Below, in pieces: positions 1 to 8,451 of a DNA stretch of 25,993 bases. The translations under genes and the position numbers were made by a program. The notes under the pieces were generated by a model. It searched no databases. It saw only the letters and a program-made list of their open reading frames with translations, and was not told the origin of the DNA. Each line of letters starts with the position of its first letter. Within the stretch, counting starts at the first letter, position 1. The stretch is from a virus. The DNA is taken from UHGV virus genome UHGV-0145247; one strand, 5' to 3'.

Positions 1-49
1 ACGAGATGCAGCGTAGTCTCGTGGGCTCGGAGATGTGTATAAGAGACAG
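1..49. other. Illumina Nextera library adapter (P7 tail ACGAGAT + 8-nt index GCAGCGTA + GTCTCGTGGGCTCGG + mosaic end AGATGTGTATAAGAGACAG); assembly artefact
   Basis: Exact match to the well-known Nextera read-2 transposase adapter and Tn5 mosaic end; genomic sequence starts at 50. Confidence 0.85.
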
Positions 50-54
50 GGTGA

Positions 55-876
55 TTACCTGTCCAACAGGTTCAGCATGTTCTCCGCCATCACCCAGAGC
101 GCACGGTTTAACTTAACGTCGCCATCAATTCCGTTAACTGGGCGGGTTTGGGTGCGTTTCCCCTGCGCGGTACGGCCACTTAGCCCGCCTTTCAGCAGGT
201 TTTCCTGGATGCGCTGGTAAGTGGTCCACAGGTCATCGCTCTCGTCCTGCCAGCGGCGAGGTGCAAGAATTTGCGATTCAGTCACTGGCTGGTACTCTTC
301 CCCAAAACGATATGTGAGCGCCGCTTTAGCCAGTGCATGTTGTGCGGGTGACGGGAGTTGCATGGACTGCATGGCGTCACGTTTCTCTTCCACCCGCTCA
401 AAGACGCTGAGAACCTCATAGGCCCCCTCAATCACCTTCCCGACAACGTCGCCCCTGTGTGGCACGCGGATCTCGCCAAACGACTGTCCGCAAACGAGCG
501 AATTGGTGCAGACGCTTCGGAATATCCCTGGCAGTAACTGAAAACTTGATGCGCCATCGTGCGAATTCAGAATGATGATTTCCGGTACCTGCTGACCGTT
601 TATCTGACCGGCACGACGCAGGCGCAGCATATGCTTTGTATGTTCCCGTCGGCTCTGGTCGCGCACTCGTGACTGACAGGCAAAGAATGGCTGGAACCCT
701 TCGCGTTTAAGGTTCTCCAGCAGGGTAATGGTGGGTATGTAGGTGTACTTTTCGCTTCTGGAGTCGTGCTTGTCTTCCCCGAAGACGCTGGGGACATGCT
801 GCATCAGTTCTTCGCGGGTTAAGGGACGGTCACGGCGAATCTGGTTCACCCGACCAAAACGGCTAGCTAATCGCAT
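55..876 (-). CDS. DUF932 family protein (YfjQ/YafZ-like), 273 aa
   Basis: Full ORF with RBS GAGGAA 7 nt upstream of ATG at 876; length and sequence resemble E. coli prophage YfjQ-type proteins (from memory). Confidence 0.75.
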   Translation of the reverse strand: MRLASRFGRVNQIRRDRPLTREELMQHVPSVFGEDKHDSRSEKYTYIPTITLLENLKREGFQPFFACQSRVRDQSRREHTKHMLRLRRAGQINGQQVPEIIILNSHDGASSFQLLPGIFRSVCTNSLVCGQSFGEIRVPHRGDVVGKVIEGAYEVLSVFERVEEKRDAMQSMQLPSPAQHALAKAALTYRFGEEYQPVTESQILAPRRWQDESDDLWTTYQRIQENLLKGGLSGRTAQGKRTQTRPVNGIDGDVKLNRALWVMAENMLNLLDR

Positions 877-910
877 AGTTGATTCCTCATCTGATTAATC
901 TGAAGGCATA

Positions 911-946
911 AAAGCAAAAGCCCCTGCTCCGTGAGGAGGCAGGGGC
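911..946 (-). terminator. Stem-loop (GCCCCTGC/GCAGGGGC, 8 bp) followed by TTTTGCTTTT on minus strand
   Basis: Inverted repeat 920-927 / 939-946 with T-tract on the minus strand, between small ORF and DUF932 gene. Confidence 0.4.
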
Positions 947-986
947 AGATATGTTGTTCACAGTGGGAGGGATATGGCGGACAGGA

Positions 987-1199
987 CTACAGCGTATCCA
1001 GAATCTTCAGTATCTGCGCCATCAGGGCGGTGATAAGTGCAGTGACCAGCAACGTGACCGCTTCCCGGGCTGTATCAATACTGCTGTCATCGTAGCCTGC
1101 CTGACGCAGGCGAATTTCAATAAACTGTCGGGCCTGATGTCCGCCGCACCAGGTCAGTGCCTGGCTCAGGGCCGTCACCAGCATTTTCAGAAAGGTCAT
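987..1199 (-). CDS. Small hypothetical protein (~70 aa), start uncertain
   Basis: Protein-like helical sequence from internal ATG at 1199; longer ORF-track start at 1301 would overlap the upstream gene. Confidence 0.4.
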   Translation of the reverse strand: MTFLKMLVTALSQALTWCGGHQARQFIEIRLRQAGYDDSSIDTAREAVTLLVTALITALMAQILKILDTL

Positions 1200-1279
1200 G
1201 GGGTTTGCTCCGGGCTGCCTGGCGGCAGCCCTCTGGTGGAGTGAAGATTTCTTTGAGGAAGCTGATACAGGAAAGTGGC

Positions 1280-1639
1280 TCAGTGGTAGGTGTAACGCCA
1301 TCCCCCCTTATCAGTGGTGACGACGACTTCTGAAGCAACGCAGTTATTATAAAAATTTACTTTGACGGACTCCCCGTAGCGCAAGGTGGCGGGCAGAATA
1401 GTTTCCTTATTGCTGGAATATAGGTACTTCTGGTTATCAATACGACAGTTACCCCGGTTCACATCTATCTTTTCAACTTTGATACTGTCATCCAGCGAGG
1501 TGACTACGACCGTGACATAGCGTGTTCCGGCAGGATGAACCTGATTACTGGTCTCCACTTTGATGGGCGGCGCTGGCTCTGCCAGCGCCTGTGCTGACAA
1601 TGCAAGCAGTGCGGATACCAGCATATATTTAAATTTCAT
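1280..1639 (-). CDS. Exported protein with N-terminal signal peptide (119 aa)
   Basis: N-terminus MKFKYMLVSALLALSAQALA is a classic Sec signal peptide. Confidence 0.6.
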   Translation of the reverse strand: MKFKYMLVSALLALSAQALAEPAPPIKVETSNQVHPAGTRYVTVVVTSLDDSIKVEKIDVNRGNCRIDNQKYLYSSNKETILPATLRYGESVKVNFYNNCVASEVVVTTDKGGWRYTYH

Positions 1640-1693
1640 AATCTGTTCCTTATAAAAATAATGTCATCAACAGCCGTTAAATTCAGATACAGG

Positions 1694-2158
1694 CTAGAGT
1701 GCATCTTTACCCACGCAGCCGTGTGTCCCGAATGCCGGTAGTACCTTAGCCGCACCGGCCAGCGTGAATGTGGCAGGCTTAACACCGTCTCCTGTCACTG
1801 AGACCTGTTTGCCATTACGTAACTGAGCCCAGGCCAGCGCCAGGTTATTACCGCCCACGCGACTGCCAGATTCGCTGATATCAATAAGTGCCCCACCATC
1901 GATACTGACCTGAAGGCTTTTATCTTCATCCATACTGACCTGATGTCCGCTTGCGTCAGTAAATATGATCGTGGCCGGTTGCGAGCCATAATCCTCGCAA
2001 CTCAGAGACAGTTGTGACTGACCTTTTCCTTTGATAACAAACTCTGATACACCCTGTCCCCAACCCCGGGTCCAGGTCCCCTGACTGCCAGATGCCAGCG
2101 CCATAACCGGCAGCAGACTGCCAGCCAATACCAGGATGCTGAGTGATACATTTTTCAA
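1694..2158 (-). CDS. Exported protein with N-terminal signal peptide (154 aa)
   Basis: N-terminus MKNVSLSILVLAGSLLPVMALA; Ser/Gly-rich mature part. Confidence 0.6.
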   Translation of the reverse strand: MKNVSLSILVLAGSLLPVMALASGSQGTWTRGWGQGVSEFVIKGKGQSQLSLSCEDYGSQPATIIFTDASGHQVSMDEDKSLQVSIDGGALIDISESGSRVGGNNLALAWAQLRNGKQVSVTGDGVKPATFTLAGAAKVLPAFGTHGCVGKDAL

Positions 2159-2211
2159 GACGAACTCCTTCTGTTAGTAAAACTGCGGTGCTGACGAATG
2201 AACATGCGGGT

Positions 2212-2889
2212 TCATTCCCGGATGAGCCTGCTGATGTAATGAAAATGCGGCAGGGCCTGAATAAATCGCGGGTCTTCAAAAATTCGCCGGATATGATTGT
2301 TTCTGGTGAAGCCCCCGATGGTCATAACCACATCGGTGATGGCTGAAAGGGTAAATACCTGAATCCGCTCGCCAGTTATTGCCGTCAGGTACCACTCGCC
2401 TTCCAGACAGATAAGCCGGTAAGGGGCAACGGCGGACTGATGGTGTCCGTGGTGCAGAAAATGAATACGGCGACTGCTGATGATGGCCTGGATAATGACC
2501 TGAAAACCGCCAAACAACGCCGGAGCCTGACGGGGTGGCGTATTCCAGATAATGCAGGGGGAGTCTTGGCCGCTGTCGAGCAAGACCGACAACAATTTAG
2601 GGTCAAGTGCCGGAAAGTAATGTGCCACCTGGGTTATCTGGGCAAAGCGGATAATGTCGCAGTTAGTGCGAAAGGGGCCCCGTGCATCCCGCAGGCGAAA
2701 ATTACCCCCGGAATATTCCGTGTCGATATAGCGCAGGCGTTCACGCAGGTCGCGCTGCACGGTACGCTCAGAGACGCCAAACTCCTGAGCAAGTTGCCTG
2801 ACACTGAGCGTTTCTCCCATAAAGAGGCGGCTGACCAGTATGGCGAGACGGCTTGCCAGGCGGTCATAGCGTTGTTTCTGTTCAGACAT
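2212..2889 (-). CDS. HTH + WYL-domain transcriptional regulator (YfjR-like), 226 aa
   Basis: N-terminal HTH (LSVRQLAQEFGVSERTVQRDL), literal WYL motif (GEWYLTAI) in C-terminal half; start taken at internal ATG 2889 (MSEQKQ), the ORF-track start at 3120 is an antisense extension. Confidence 0.7.
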   Translation of the reverse strand: MSEQKQRYDRLASRLAILVSRLFMGETLSVRQLAQEFGVSERTVQRDLRERLRYIDTEYSGGNFRLRDARGPFRTNCDIIRFAQITQVAHYFPALDPKLLSVLLDSGQDSPCIIWNTPPRQAPALFGGFQVIIQAIISSRRIHFLHHGHHQSAVAPYRLICLEGEWYLTAITGERIQVFTLSAITDVVMTIGGFTRNNHIRRIFEDPRFIQALPHFHYISRLIRE

Positions 2890-2948
2890 GAGGGATGCTT
2901 CCTGCGCAAATAGCAGCCCTGTCGGGCTGGTGGTTAAGTAAAAAGATG

Positions 2949-3677
2949 TTAACGGGAAAGGTGCTGCTGTCTCAGCCAGGACACGATGATGCATGCGGGT
3001 ATCGTGACCCGATAAGCCGGACCGGTGATGTCGGAAATCATCCACGCTGAACTCAGGGCGATGGCAAGAGGACCAGCCAGAACGGAAAGAGCACGTGAAG
3101 CGACCACAACAGTTCCCCAAGTGGCAATGCCGCCCAGGGAGGTGATGACACTAGCAGACAACATCGTTGCCAGCTCGAGCGCAGCCAGCGAGGAAGTCCG
3201 GATGGCGGCCTGAACGGCGATAAGAATGAGTTGTGGCGTGGGGTTTGTCAGATCCAGATGCATATTGTGGGAGAAAGCAGCCAGCTCTTCTGGTGACATC
3301 TGATCCAAGCTTTTTTCCAGAACCTTCATCAACAGAGCAAGCTCAATGGTTTCGGTAGTACTTTTCTGGTTGTAATTCACATCAAGCTTGTCACAGACAT
3401 CAACGAGAATTTCCCGATAGGTCACGCCTTGCCCCAGCCGGACCAGGCTCGCCAGGGTATTCGCGCCGTAACGCTGAAGCTCAGCGGCTATCAGTTGCCA
3501 GTAGCGGCGATGGTCTGGTGCCAGCAGACGAAACTCCGGGGTTCCGGTAAGACTCTCTGTCCAACGAGTGTCGCCGTCTCGTGGGTCAGTGGTCAGGATG
3601 GAAATCAGCAATTGCAGTTCTTCATTGCTGCATTGGCCCAGCAGATTCAAATCAGGGTCATTACGGTAGACAGCCAT
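2949..3677 (-). CDS. Hypothetical protein (242 aa) with hydrophobic Ala/Ser/Gly-rich C-terminal region
   Basis: ORF with RBS GAGGA 7 nt upstream of ATG 3677; first gene of the WYL-regulator cluster. Confidence 0.55.
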   Translation of the reverse strand: MAVYRNDPDLNLLGQCSNEELQLLISILTTDPRDGDTRWTESLTGTPEFRLLAPDHRRYWQLIAAELQRYGANTLASLVRLGQGVTYREILVDVCDKLDVNYNQKSTTETIELALLMKVLEKSLDQMSPEELAAFSHNMHLDLTNPTPQLILIAVQAAIRTSSLAALELATMLSASVITSLGGIATWGTVVVASRALSVLAGPLAIALSSAWMISDITGPAYRVTIPACIIVSWLRQQHLSR

Positions 3678-3691
3678 TATCTATCCTCAGT

Positions 3692-3714
3692 CAGTGTGAT
3701 GTGAGGTCACACTG
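3692..3714. promoter_or_regulatory. Perfect palindrome CAGTGTGA-N7-TCACACTG, candidate operator or 5'-UTR hairpin
   Basis: 8-bp perfect inverted repeat 15-37 nt upstream of the start codon at 3677. Confidence 0.35.
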
Positions 3715-4282
3715 TAAAAGGGGCTATTGCACGGATGTGTCGTCAGAAATGGTTAATATATGCTCTATGGAAAGATATACGGACAGGGTGTGGCTGGAAA
3801 AATAGGGGAGGAACCAAACAGCTATAACGATTTTTATCGTGCCTGAGTGTTATCAATATAACGATAATGGCTAGTGAGTTTGTTTTTTTTGCTGCTTTAG
3901 GGTGATTATATATTTCCCAAATATTAATGAGCTTACATTTGTTTCTTTTGCTGCGTGTTGTTTCGTAGTATTAGGTAATCGATGCCTTCCACTTTGATGG
4001 CTAACGACAATTTTAATTTTAGTACTATAGTTTATTTATGGAGAAGTGATTGAAGTATAAAAGAGAGGTCTTGCTGAGTAAGGCTTCAGGAAGGTATCCG
4101 TTTGGAACGTAATAGGAAAGGTGGCAAAGTGTATGATGATGCCACCTTTCTAATATGTTAAATCTGACCTCTTTGTGTTAACAATAGGCCGGTTTTGTCC
4201 ATTTTTCAGTTGAAAGAAAGCCGGATTTAGCTGACTTTAGCTGTCCCAGGTAAGGTGCCAGATGCTAGTACGCAACTTACCA

Positions 4283-5497
4283 TTAGAAGTGATGTGGTAT
4301 GATTAAAACCCCATGTTTGTCCAAAGGCGGCACTGTGAAAAATGAATTGTAAAATAAAATACATGACTCCTGATTGTGTAAGTCTATTTGGAAATAACGG
4401 GATACATACCGTTCCAGAATGTTTTGATAATAATCATGGTTTAATTTTTCTTTATTCCTAGCTCGTTCAATTATGTCTTCGTGCAGACTTGAAAATACCT
4501 CAATTAAGTCATCCTTATCCCCATTTAACATGGCATGAAAAGCAGCAGCAGCAAATAACTCATTTGCAGGACCTGCAGACAGCCAGTGACTGCTTTCAAT
4601 AGAATTAATGGACTCCCTCAAACGCCAGAGACCCAAGCGCATTGCCTGATCGTTTAAAAGTTTCAGTAATGGTGGATAAGCATAAATGTCCGTACCAAAC
4701 AGCCTGCGTGGTACACTCAGATCTGCAAAGGTCACATGTTTTACAGAGGCTAGCGCTTCCTGTATTTCATCCTGACCATATTGCATCGTGAGCGCCTTTA
4801 ATAACGTCGATTTTACAGGCAGGGGAGAACCTGCCGCTTTTATGCCGCTGAACGTTCCTCGGGTTTTGCTCACGGGAATAGTGTCCTTCATCATCCTGTT
4901 AATCAACGCAGGGGCAATAATGATGTTATCCGCTGTATTGGCCCCCCCTTTGGAATTCGGATATATGTGACATAACTCCAGCTCCAGCCAGGGTATCAGG
5001 CGTTTAATAACCTGCCCCTGTGAATCAATAACCCTTTGCCCATTTAGAGTATTGTAAGCTTTCTGGTAGTCTGCTTTGCGCTGGTACAACCGGATGAGAT
5101 CAGCAATGTCATCAGGGCTGGTGATACTTCCCAGCCCGAGGGGATTATTCTTTAGCTTGGACTCCACGTTGATCCAGTAAGAATGTTTTACCAGACTGAC
5201 AATGGCATCGTCATCTATGAGCCTTCTATCTTTATTACGATGCCCAATACAACAATACCGTTGATTGCGAGTACCAGACAGGCTAATACCACAGGGCGGG
5301 TACTGACACGTCAGATTCCACCTTTGCGCTCTTTTAGCTGCATTAGAAAGCTTACCCTGATAATGTACAGAACATAAGCGGAATTTACGCTCATCAGGTA
5401 ATTCACCAATTGAGAGCGTACAGTTATTTCTTTTACAAATAGCCATAATAAGACTCTTATCACAGTTAATCATGTTGCATGATAAATAAATAGCCAC
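4283..5497 (-). CDS. HNH nuclease-domain protein with Cys-rich N-terminus (404 aa)
   Basis: Cys pairs in first ~110 aa, then HNH-like motif ELELCHIYPNSKGGANTADNIIIAPALINR; AT-rich gene between AT-rich spacers; GTG start at 5497 without clear SD, alternative ATG at 5473. Confidence 0.6.
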   Translation of the reverse strand: MAIYLSCNMINCDKSLIMAICKRNNCTLSIGELPDERKFRLCSVHYQGKLSNAAKRAQRWNLTCQYPPCGISLSGTRNQRYCCIGHRNKDRRLIDDDAIVSLVKHSYWINVESKLKNNPLGLGSITSPDDIADLIRLYQRKADYQKAYNTLNGQRVIDSQGQVIKRLIPWLELELCHIYPNSKGGANTADNIIIAPALINRMMKDTIPVSKTRGTFSGIKAAGSPLPVKSTLLKALTMQYGQDEIQEALASVKHVTFADLSVPRRLFGTDIYAYPPLLKLLNDQAMRLGLWRLRESINSIESSHWLSAGPANELFAAAAFHAMLNGDKDDLIEVFSSLHEDIIERARNKEKLNHDYYQNILERYVSRYFQIDLHNQESCILFYNSFFTVPPLDKHGVLIIPHHF

Positions 5498-5664
5498 TCA
5501 TTAATCATGATCATAATTGATGGTATTTTTTAATATATCGTTAGTAATTAAGATGTTTATGTCTCAAATGAATCTGAAATATACTAGTGGTTTAATAATA
5601 AATTAATTGTTAGTGCTCTTTTTATCACGTGGCATTGCTAAGTGGGCAGCAGATAATGCTGCAT

Positions 5665-5898
5665 TTATGGTTGTTCGGCAATAGTAGTTGATGATGCCAG
5701 ATGACGTTTCAGCAACCACTCATCCAGTTCAGACTCAAGCCAGCCGACAGATTGCATGCCTAGGCGACGTTGTTTAGGGAATGTGGCGTCATATCGTGGT
5801 GACATGGGGTTAATCCAGTCGTAGATGGTAGAACGGGCTACGCCTATCTTGTTGACAACACTAGACATACGCAGGATTTTAATGTGTTGAGTGTTCAT
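5665..5898 (-). CDS. alpA: AlpA-family transcriptional regulator / excisionase-like protein (77 aa)
   Basis: Resembles E. coli AlpA (ATIYDWINPMSPRYDATFPKQRRLG...SVGWLESELDEWL). Confidence 0.8.
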   Translation of the reverse strand: MNTQHIKILRMSSVVNKIGVARSTIYDWINPMSPRYDATFPKQRRLGMQSVGWLESELDEWLLKRHLASSTTIAEQP

Positions 5899-6023
5899 AC
5901 CGATTTGTTCCTTGTTGGCCCTGTATGGATGGGGCTAACTTTACCGAGAGGGCAAAATGGGATCCAGATATGTACCAAAAGTAAAAAAAAACTGTGGAAT
6001 GTGACGTTTTAAGAGAGGTTGGG

Positions 6024-6740
6024 ATGACAGACGATAGTGTTCTGGATGGCATTTTTGATTCAGTAAAGAGCGAAGCTGAGCGTTTTATATCGTGCTACAG
6101 CGGTAGTGATGATGTCAGTAGTTACAATGAACTCCGTGACCGGTGCGAGAGTAAAGCAAAAGAAAAAATTAATAAATTCAAGGAGGAAGGCTGCCACATC
6201 CTGGATGATGATTTTGAATGCATGCTTTACGATGCTAATTTTTCTGCACAATGGAATGGAAAGTTTGGAACGTATCTTGCCATTGCATTCTTCTTTTACC
6301 ACTGGGGGCAGTATTGTTATTCCTCTGGGCACCGGCGTGAAGGATTGCTATTTATGGCAAGAGCAGCTGGTTGTGGTGGAGTCTGGCAGGGGGCTGGGCT
6401 ATACGCTGACCGTGTAGAGACTGCTGAATTGGCGTTAAAGAAAAAGCAAGATCATGGAAAGAAGGGAGGAGAGGCTACTGGCTTGGCTTTAGCACCCGCA
6501 CGGGATGAGTTGAAGCGGTTGCTTAAAATAAACTGCCCGGCAGAAGGATGGAAAACTAAAACTGCAGCAATCGGTGCCGTTGTAGATCAACTTGAGGTTT
6601 TTGTTAAAAAACACAAAATAAATTTGAAAACCGATAATCTTGATAATGCCATATTAACATGGTGTAAGAGATATGATGATTTACGAGACGTATTGGAGAG
6701 TTCTTTAAAAAAGAACATGAAAAATAACCGCGTGGGTTGA
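6024..6740 (+). CDS. Hypothetical protein (238 aa), AT-rich, between alpA and integrase
   Basis: RBS AGAGAGG before ATG at 6024; no recognised motif; opposite strand to flanking genes. Confidence 0.55.
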   Translation: MTDDSVLDGIFDSVKSEAERFISCYSGSDDVSSYNELRDRCESKAKEKINKFKEEGCHILDDDFECMLYDANFSAQWNGKFGTYLAIAFFFYHWGQYCYSSGHRREGLLFMARAAGCGGVWQGAGLYADRVETAELALKKKQDHGKKGGEATGLALAPARDELKRLLKINCPAEGWKTKTAAIGAVVDQLEVFVKKHKINLKTDNLDNAILTWCKRYDDLRDVLESSLKKNMKNNRVG

Positions 6741-6913
6741 TTTTACCCATATGGACATTGGGACGTTGGCATCGTGGTGAAGGAGTACATTAATTAGCCG
6801 AAATCGTGAAGTATCTGCCTATGTGCAATTCGCTTTTTAAGATGGAATCCACGCCGTCTTCATAGACGGCGGAACTTTAACTAAACTGCAACTAAACATT
6901 GTTGGTATCTTCC

Positions 6914-8155
6914 TCATCCAACGAGCCGCATTCCTTTTATCCCCTCCTCAATGATAGTTCCGCGATCTGCAGCCATCACGAAGTCAGCCCACCATTGCAT
7001 CATAGGTCGCCGCTGTTCCAGATAATCGCTGCGATTGTAAGCTCGTCGTACCTCATTTTTGTCCACATGAGCAAGTGCGGCTTCAATGACATCAGGTGGA
7101 AAACCTTGCTCATTGAGTGCTGTGCTGGCGATAGAACGCAGGCCGTGAGAAACGAGTACGCCTCCTAAGCCAGCACGCTTAAGTGCGGCATTAACTGTTT
7201 GGCTGTTCATTGGCTGGGTTGGTTTGATGCGACTGGGAAAGATAAACTCTCGGCCACCGCTGAGGGACTTCATCACTTCCAGAATTGAGATAGCCTCATC
7301 TGATAGTGGAACCGTATGGTCTCGGTTCATCTTCATTCGAGCTGCTGGAATTTTCCATTCGTTAGCATCAAAATCGATCTCATCCCATCGTGCCTCAGCG
7401 GCTTCGGCAGGGCGGGTAATGGTGAGAAGCTGCCACATGAACAAGCACCGCGTTGACATACTGATACTTGCCGTACGCATAGTCTGCATTAGCTGCGGAA
7501 GTTGATCCGGGCGGATGCTTGGCATGTTTTTCTTTTGCGGTTTCTCAAATGCTTTTCCGATATTTACACTGGGAACTGCATCAATCAGGCCTGTGTTCTG
7601 CGCATAAATCATGACTTCGTTAATACGCTGACAAAGGCGGCGAACAGTCTCTAATGCACCTCTGGCCTGAACCGGCTGAACAGCTTTAACTAGAGTATGA
7701 GCCTTAATCTCAGTGACACTAATATCACCGATTGCTGGGAAAACATCTCTCTCAAGCGAGCGCCAGATATCGTCGGCATAGTCCTCTGTTACGCTGGCTT
7801 TCTTCACATTCCACCAACGCTCGGCAACTAACAGGAAAGTGTTGGTTTTAGCCTCTTGAGAATTTCTTACCTGTTCTTTCTGATGTTCCTGAGGATCAAT
7901 GTCTTTCGCCAACAAAACTCGAGATTCAGCTCTGAGTTTACGCGCATCAGAAAGGGAGACAGCAGGGTAGGCACCGAAGCTCTGTTTGGTTCGCTGTTTT
8001 GTCAGCGGTCGATAGTAACGGAACTGCCAGAGCTTACTACCACTGGACTTGATTAATAGAGTAAGCCCGTCACCATCATACAGCTGGTAATCGGCATCTT
8101 TAGGTTTGGCGGCTTTGATTTCCGTATCGGTTAACGGCTTGGTTTTTCTTGCCAT
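6914..8155 (-). CDS. intA: Tyrosine recombinase, P4-type integrase (IntA-like, 413 aa)
   Basis: N-terminus MARKTKPLTDTEIKAAKPKDADYQLYDGDGL typical of P4-family integrases; RBS GGAG 8 nt upstream of ATG 8155. Confidence 0.9.
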   Translation of the reverse strand: MARKTKPLTDTEIKAAKPKDADYQLYDGDGLTLLIKSSGSKLWQFRYYRPLTKQRTKQSFGAYPAVSLSDARKLRAESRVLLAKDIDPQEHQKEQVRNSQEAKTNTFLLVAERWWNVKKASVTEDYADDIWRSLERDVFPAIGDISVTEIKAHTLVKAVQPVQARGALETVRRLCQRINEVMIYAQNTGLIDAVPSVNIGKAFEKPQKKNMPSIRPDQLPQLMQTMRTASISMSTRCLFMWQLLTITRPAEAAEARWDEIDFDANEWKIPAARMKMNRDHTVPLSDEAISILEVMKSLSGGREFIFPSRIKPTQPMNSQTVNAALKRAGLGGVLVSHGLRSIASTALNEQGFPPDVIEAALAHVDKNEVRRAYNRSDYLEQRRPMMQWWADFVMAADRGTIIEEGIKGMRLVG

Positions 8156-8165
8156 GGGGAATCTC

Positions 8166-8200
8166 CATGCGTTTAGGCCCAACGAAAACAATAGAGCTTT
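8166..8200. other. Perfect 13-bp stem hairpin (GGCCCAACGAAAA / TTTTCGTTGGGCC, 9-nt loop) just upstream of integrase start
   Basis: Inverted repeat read directly from sequence. Confidence 0.5.
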
Positions 8201-8276
8201 TCGTTGGGCCTATCAATGGGCCTAAAAGGTTCGGATTTAATTAGTTCTCTTCGGACTTCGCGGGACAAATTCAAGG

Positions 8277-8310
8277 CACAAAAAAGCCCGCAGGGCTTGC
8301 GCCGTGCGGG
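8277..8310 (-). terminator. Rho-independent terminator on minus strand, downstream of the ssrA 3' end
   Basis: GCCCGCA / TGCGGGC stem (8285-8291, 8304-8310) followed on minus strand by T6. Confidence 0.5.
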
Positions 8311-8358
8311 CTCTTAGGACTTCATCGGATGACTCTGGTAATCACCGATGGAGAATTT

Positions 8359-8394
8359 TGGTGGAGCTGGCGGGAGTTGAACCCGCGCCCGAAA
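8359..8394 (-). other. ssrA: 3'-terminal fragment of tmRNA gene ssrA (att core shared by the two elements)
   Basis: Minus strand reads ...CGGACGCGGGTTCAACTCCCGCCAGCTCCACCA, matching the 3' end of E. coli tmRNA with one mismatch; similarity stops after ~36 nt. Confidence 0.8.
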
Positions 8395-8451
8395 ATTTAT
8401 AACCTCATGATAAACAGTGATAAAAAAATTTAGCGTTTTGCTGCGGATCCT

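Larger units (their letters stand above)
50..8358. mobile_element. CP4-57-like integrative island, integrase-proximal part (continues left of window)
   Basis: P4-type integrase and AlpA next to an ssrA 3' fragment; DUF932 and WYL-regulator genes typical of such islands; AT-rich cargo segment. Confidence 0.6.

Noticed and set aside
35-220. Plus-strand 61-aa ORF at window start
   Set aside because: Starts inside the Nextera adapter and is antisense to the DUF932 gene
2440-2913. Plus-strand 157-aa ORF
   Set aside because: Antisense to the WYL regulator gene, which has clear domain motifs
6914-8191. Longer 425-aa start for the island integrase
   Set aside because: Internal ATG at 8155 has an RBS and matches typical P4-type integrase N-termini; the upstream extension is not protein-like
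8359-8394. Complete tmRNA or tRNA gene at the att site
   Set aside because: Only ~36 nt of the ssrA 3' end match; sequence beyond diverges, so it is an att core duplicate
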